A stretch of 44,126 nucleotides of DNA, taken from positions 1-44,126 of the forward strand of contig JYFJ02003295.1 in the NCBI GenBank assembly GCA_000934665.2. The letters run 5' to 3'. Below are positions 38,871 through 44,126 of this stretch, piece after piece; the first letter of the stretch is position 1; every line of letters begins with the position of its first letter. A model generated the notes under the pieces. It made no database searches, had not been told where the DNA came from, and worked only from the letters and a program-made list of their open reading frames with translations. Source of the DNA: Catajapyx aquilonaris (taxonomy: Eukaryota). The translations under genes and the position numbers were made by a program.

Positions 38871-39160
38871 AAACCGATCAATAGCAAATTTCAAATTATG
38901 GCAAACGCATTCATCCATACGAAACAGTTCCCCTGAACAATAGCTTACGGCATCGGCATCACGAGCCAGGGTTTGACCTTAGACATTATGGGCATTAGCT
39001 CGTCACTTTTCTGTTGTGGTGAAGCGTATGTGGCCTTGTCTCGAGTCAAAAAATTGAATGGAATTCTTCTAACCAACTTTGATCCCACTCAAGTTAAATC
39101 TAACGATAAAGCCAGTTAATGGAATATAACAGACTAAGACTTAAATTCAGGCCGAACCTT
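38871..39160 (+). mobile_element. Decayed Pif1-family helicase C-terminal fragment, probably from a Helitron/Helentron RepHel gene
   Basis: Translates KPINSKFQIMANAFIHTKQFP*TIAYGIGITSQGLTLDIMGISSSLFCCGEAYVALSRVKKLNGILLTNFDPTQVKSNDKA, then after a frameshift near 39117 EYNRLRLKFRP. QFP.. A(Y).. SQGLTL and G.AYVALSRV are Pif1 helicase motifs IV-VI. In-frame TGA at 38934-38936; no introns. Mostly missed by the ORF track. Confidence 0.85.
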
Positions 39161-39361
39161 TGCAGTTTCCAATTCACTCGTTTTAAGAGGCTCGTCGTGG
39201 ACAATACTCAAGGTGAATACAGCGCCAATAGATTCTCGGGACAAGGACATTGGCCATACTCCGAGGCAGTTATTCTTGTTACATACACCCAACCATTGAC
39301 GTTGCTTTCTTCGTGTCATTCCTTCATTCAACCTTGATTCAACCTAACAAAAAGTAGTGAG

Positions 39362-40109
39362 ATCCTACTCAAAAACGCACTCGTAAAAAAAGCGCCAAGT
39401 CTTCCGCCGAAAAAAAAACCTGTGAGATGGTGTCTGGGTGCCAAGCCTTGTCCACTCCGCCGTACAAAGTCGTGAGATTGTGGTGGACGCCAAGCCTTTC
39501 TTCGAGGCTATAAGCTAAGTGAGATGACTTGGCCGGACTTGGTTCACGGGCGGAACAATGCGATACGTCGTTTAATACAATAGAAAGTAAACTTTAAACA
39601 CTCATTGGTAGAGCGATTACCCAAAAATGTGACTTTCGAATGGAATATTTACTTTTAACTGTCAATGGTGGAGCAGTAACGTAACAACAGACTCCGCCTT
39701 CAAATTACAAATAGTTACTTGATTCATTAGAAGAATTATAAATATACTTGGACCTCTGATTCGTATCACACGAACTACAAAATGTCGCCTTCAAACCACA
39801 CATGATTACAATCGCGGTTAATTAGACTTGAAAGTTGTACAGCTGAAATTGGGAGAACAGTAACTTGACCAAATTCCAGCGAACTGAACGCGTATTGTTC
39901 CTCGTGTCCGTGAACCAAGTCCGGCCAAGTCATCTCACTTAGCTTATAGCTTCGAAGAAAGGCTTGGCGTCTGCTTGGCGTCCACCACGATCTCACGACT
40001 TTGTACGGCGGAGTGGACAAGGCTTGGCACCCAGACACCATCTCACAGGTTTTTTTTTTTCGGCGGAAGACTTGGCGCTTTTTTTTACGAATGCGTTTTT
40101 GAGTAGGAT
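39362..40109. mobile_element. Non-autonomous element with about 200-bp near-identical terminal inverted repeats
   Basis: 39362-39560 is the reverse complement of about 39893-40109 (atcctactcaaaaacgca...cctgtgagatggtgtctgggtgccaagccttgtccactccgccgtacaaagtcgtgaga...). The right arm has an extra 11-nt duplication. The spacer is AT-rich; target duplication and superfamily are not determined. Confidence 0.88.
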
Positions 40110-40215
40110 TACTATTACAGAAGTGTAAGGGTCGAGTTACGCAGTGTCACTTGACTCATACTTATACAATTTGTCGTATGGGCACATACCCTCGGCCTAT
40201 ACATTATCGCAAATA

Positions 40216-40453
40216 CAAGGTGTTCCATATATTAGGGTATTTTAGTTATCGCTTATATCGCCCAAAGTAGTTATTTTGTGTAGCTACTCCGATCCAGATT
40301 CCCAATTATTCCCAGGTGAAGTCGAATATAGGCTACGTTTAGCAGTTTCTGTAATATGGCATTTGGATCGAAGCGCAAAAGCTACAGAAAAAACATGCAC
40401 CTTCCAGCAAAATGTCCTACAACGAAAGTGACCCGCATACGTGGAACACCCTG
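40216..40453. mobile_element. Degenerate short Tc1/mariner-type MITE
   Basis: Left end TA|caaggtgttccatatattagggt; right end acccgcatacgtggaacaccctg|CA. Internal inverted match cgatccagat/atttggatcg. Confidence 0.6.
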
Positions 40454-40769
40454 CATATACAGTATACAGACATCATTGATTGGCTGTAGCAGCCAATGTA
40501 ATAAAGGTTGGTTCTTTATTATAAGTGGGACAGGAAGTGAATTTACGTAGGATTTATTGAAGGGTTATAGGTTTCAAGCATGCAGAGAAATGTATTGTGT
40601 TTGCTGCCTATTTATTCATTTAAAACAGACAAATTGGTCACAAACACATTTTTTGGCACGAAAACCATACGTATATACTGAAGGAATGTATTAAAATGTA
40701 ACATGATGAGAAATGAGTGTGTGTGCATAAGCATTACATCGGTTCACATGCGGTATTCGTATAGTAAGT

Positions 40770-43444
40770 TTACACTGCTGGTTGACTGTAATTTTGTCTA
40801 GTAATGTGCCAAAGGGAGGGATAATTAGTTTCCATGGAAAATTCTCTGGGAGTTAGAATTCGCAGAAAAGAACCGTCGTCCATAGAATAGGGCTTCCAAT
40901 GGGGCAGGTCCAACTCGTCATGGACATCCTCAGGAGTCGGATTTCTGAAACAGAGTACGATATCAAGAGGTGATAGGATATGCCATAATTATTTGGACAA
41001 GGCTTCTCAATCTTCTTACACTTACCCAAAAATTACAAAATTTGCCCACAGCTTTGCCAGCTTTCTTGCTAGCAACATTTCCTCGTCATTCAATGGACAA
41101 ATTTCATTTGAAATATACTGGTATATCAAATCTTCGCCATGAGTAACACCTGAAATATTGTTCAATTAATGCTTTCATAGCCACGAAAAGATATTTAAAT
41201 ACAATAGCAAATGTTATTACGAACGCATTTGAATATCATACCAGGAGGAAAGGGTGGAGGATCTGGAAACTCCATATGCCATAGCGCTTGACTATATTCT
41301 CCTTCATAGTCAAAACTATACCAGTAACCCTCGCTAATTTCGGAGTGCAGTTGCATCGTTCGGTAGTTACCAGCCTTCATGCAAAATACACTTGTCATCT
41401 GCAATAAATAAATGTACATACATACATACATGCAATACACATACAATACACTACACATAGGTATACATACAATACACAATACAAGACACATACATACTAC
41501 TTTCACAACTTTCAAAAAAATGTACACTATAGAGTATAGACTATTTTCGGAAAAAACTGCGCAGATTGCAAGTAAAATAAATCAGTAATTAAAATATTAC
41601 GTCAATGAGTCCGGGAGCCATGGCAGTAAAATTTCCACCACTTCCTGGAGTTAGGTAGTCGTCCATAATAGAGATTCCCAGGGCATTCATTGAATCTGCC
41701 TGGATACCTGCGTACAAAAATAGTCTATGGTGTGCAACTATACTCTCATGTCATAATATTAAAGTGTATGGCAAAATGATTGGTTTTAGGAATGCCAGTG
41801 CGAGGTGTAATGAAAATTAATACAAGTTATTTTGATATTAATTTCGCGTATACTTGATTGATATTATTTGTAACCTACACCTGGCGACTCGTAACATGAT
41901 GATATAATAACTTGTGACTAATAATATGCACTGTATTACAGAATTATCAGTAACTGTACCTGTGCAATTCACTACACCTCGTATTGTACTCATAAAGAGA
42001 TAATTAGCTACTTACCCACCATATGGAGAATAGCGGAAACTAATTCTCTACTTAAAAATGTCGAGTTGTTAACAAGATTATTAGGTATCAAATATTGAAA
42101 ATAGAGGAGTGCCAAGAAGAATGAACCCTCTGTCTTTGTGCTTCCAAACATGACTTTCAAGCGACTAAGGTTTTCGCGTCTCTCTGGATCATTGAGTATT
42201 TCGATGGGATGCTTATCTAGGAGCTTGGGGTATCCATCAGGCGCGACTTGTTGCACACACGGACATGTTCCTCCAATTAGAGACCTGCCTTCTTTGAATA
42301 AATATGCAGAGTAAGCGACAAAAACGCGCGATATCTCATCGTCTGAATGGGTTAAGAGACACGCCGCTAATTTGGAGTGATCCTGATCAGTACAGTTGAG
42401 CATGGCTGCAAATTCCACTGCATGACGAACTGGATCAGCATCAATAGTCCAATACTGTAGGGCGCTTCCACTTTGGGCTATCACATGCCTGAAGTATTCT
42501 GAAAACAATCAAACCGGATATTATCTTGCCAATTGTGACAAGTAAAGTAACTTACGATTTGAATATTCGCTAACAGCCAGAAGTGAAACACTGCATCCTC
42601 CAGCACTATGTCCATTGATGGTGACTCGTGTTGGGTCGCCTCCAAACGCGGAGATGTGCTTGTTGACCCACTGGAGAGCCAGGGTTTGGTCGTACAGGCC
42701 CGCATTGCCAGGGATCTCTGGGACTTGCAGGCAGAGAAACCCTGTTGGGCCAAGACGATACTGAATTGTCACCATCACCACGTCCTCTTCCATCATGTGA
42801 TCGGCAGTGTACGAAGCCATGTTTCCCGAAATGTAGGCTCCGCCATGAATATAGACTATCACAGGCGATAGGTTCCTGTCACCTGAAGGGATCTGTTGAA
42901 TGTACAGTACGTTATAGACTATGACTCTGGGCGTTGCAATATGTGTTTATAGACCAAACTCAGAAAAAAAAATTAAAAGTAATCGTATTTTACTTACATT
43001 GTGAGTATAAACGGTGAGAGCAAGACATGAATCAGCTGGTTCATTTTTTATTTTATCAGTTCCGAATAACTGTGGGCCATCAGGTACTGATTGGCGGCAT
43101 GCGACGGCGGGTTTGGTAGCGTTGAAGACCGATTTGAATGGTGGAGCAGGCTTGGATGGCTGTATAATCATAAAGAATAACACAGTTGATGTCTTATTGC
43201 GTAATAACATATTTAATAAAATTATTCTTACCTGAAACCTTGTTTCTTGTTGAATAGTTTCTGCGTAAGGTATCCCAATGAAAGCAGCATAAGATCTACT
43301 CGAATATGGCGTGTTTTTAGACAGTCCCACTATGGTTCCCAATCCAGGCACCTGAACTGTAGGATTGGCATCTTGACTGGCTGCAATACCAGTAAATACA
43401 ATACATGCAATGAGTAATAATTGGCACGGATGAAGAACGGCCAT
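40770..43444 (-). CDS. Secreted type-B carboxylesterase, copy B (recent tandem paralogue of copy A), 8 coding exons, 585 aa
   Basis: Exons on the minus strand: 43444-43232, 43159-42998, 42892-42556, 42498-42016, 41707-41601, 41398-41242, 41149-41026, 40944-40770. Exon lengths are identical to copy A, splice sites are intact, and I found no internal stops. Nucleophile motif GHSAG; triad Glu (TKTEG) and His (GVTHGED) retained. AATAAA on the minus strand at 40611-40616. Confidence 0.95.
41414..41500. repeat. Degenerate (TACA)n/(TACAA)n low-complexity expansion in intron 5 of esterase copy B
   Basis: tacatacatacataca...caatacac... is present in B; the equivalent site in A has only catacat. Confidence 0.8.
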
Positions 43445-44030
43445 GGCGACCAACTAATGAACTATCTTCCGTAGAGTTATTGCCCTTGGATTTATATTGC
43501 GTCTTGTTTGCACTTTGCTCGAGTGTTTTTGTGAAGACCCTCCTATATGAGCAGATAAGTGATCCTTGAATTTGATCAGTATCAGGTGTATAAGCGCATT
43601 GATCAATTAAGGTCAAAGACATCATCTCTTTGATTATGCCTAAATTCCTATAATCGACGTTACAGAGAAGCTAAAATATGTGACTCACTGACTCATATAA
43701 GCAATGTATGAGTTTTCAGTGCCTGCAGTAAAGGCTAAGGGAATTAGGTTACCATGCAGGCTTGCCCAACCATACACGGTTACAGGTTACTGCCGGTAAC
43801 AGGCCAATGACATGTTGAAACCTTACCCTACTCCTCGGCATACGAGCCGATAATGTGTCTGACTTTTAGCAGGTGGGCAGCATGAGGACCTGATAAAATA
43901 ATCTGGAAACGAAGGAGAAAGTCTTTAACCTTTTGACGACGGAGTGTTTGAGCCAATTGCCTTACCCGAGGGCGTGAGTTCTTTTTCCCACTTTTGCGGA
44001 AATTTGATGAAGAGCGATATTATTGAATAA

Positions 44031-44126
44031 CTAGCAGGATACCCGGCGTTGCTCGGGTTATGAAATACTTTTCCATAGGAGTGACCCATTGATTTGGTAG
44101 TAATCTTTGCAATAATTATGGCTATA
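44031..44126 (-). mobile_element. Helitron 3' terminus (element probably continues beyond the window end)
   Basis: The minus strand reads ...acccgagcaacgccgggt-atcctg-CTAG|T. This is a GC-rich subterminal hairpin (44041-44058) a few nt before a terminal CTAG (44034-44031) followed by host T, the canonical Helitron 3' signature. Confidence 0.72.

Larger units (their letters stand above)
40528..43910. repeat. Segmental duplication unit B (about 3.4 kb), direct repeat of 32078-35492
   Basis: Same by-eye alignment as unit A; the offset is about 8.45 kb. Confidence 0.9.

Noticed and set aside
1..44126. CRISPR array, rRNA, operon or prokaryotic defence system
   Set aside because: No regularly spaced repeats or prokaryotic gene organisation; spliceosomal introns and SINEs show the DNA is eukaryotic.

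Overview
This is eukaryotic genomic DNA, most likely from an arthropod/hexapod (inferred from the gene families). Bases 1-27.6 kb contain no credible protein-coding gene. They form a patchwork of GC-richer, motif-dense blocks and AT-rich spacers, and the spacers carry the recognisable transposon debris: two Tc1/mariner-type MITEs, a tRNA-derived SINE, and a fold-back element split by a 5'-truncated RTE-like LINE. This desert lies upstream of a SoxB2 HMG-box transcription factor gene with an intronless coding region (27663/27798-28478, +), most similar to Dichaete. Downstream and convergent is a tandem carboxylesterase cluster on the minus strand. It holds two intact 8-exon, 585-aa secreted type-B carboxylesterase genes (32321-34925 and 40770-43444) and a more diverged, frameshifted 3' remnant of a third copy between them (about 37195-37865). 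SINEs, a decayed Pif1/Helitron helicase fragment, two further inverted-repeat elements and a Helitron 3' end are interspersed. I see no evidence for a wholly new biological system. The most interesting signals are amino-acid divergence concentrated around the active site of two otherwise near-identical esterase paralogues (GESAG vs GHSAG), the nested transposon structures, and candidate cis-regulatory features of the Sox gene. All alignments and motif counts were done by eye.
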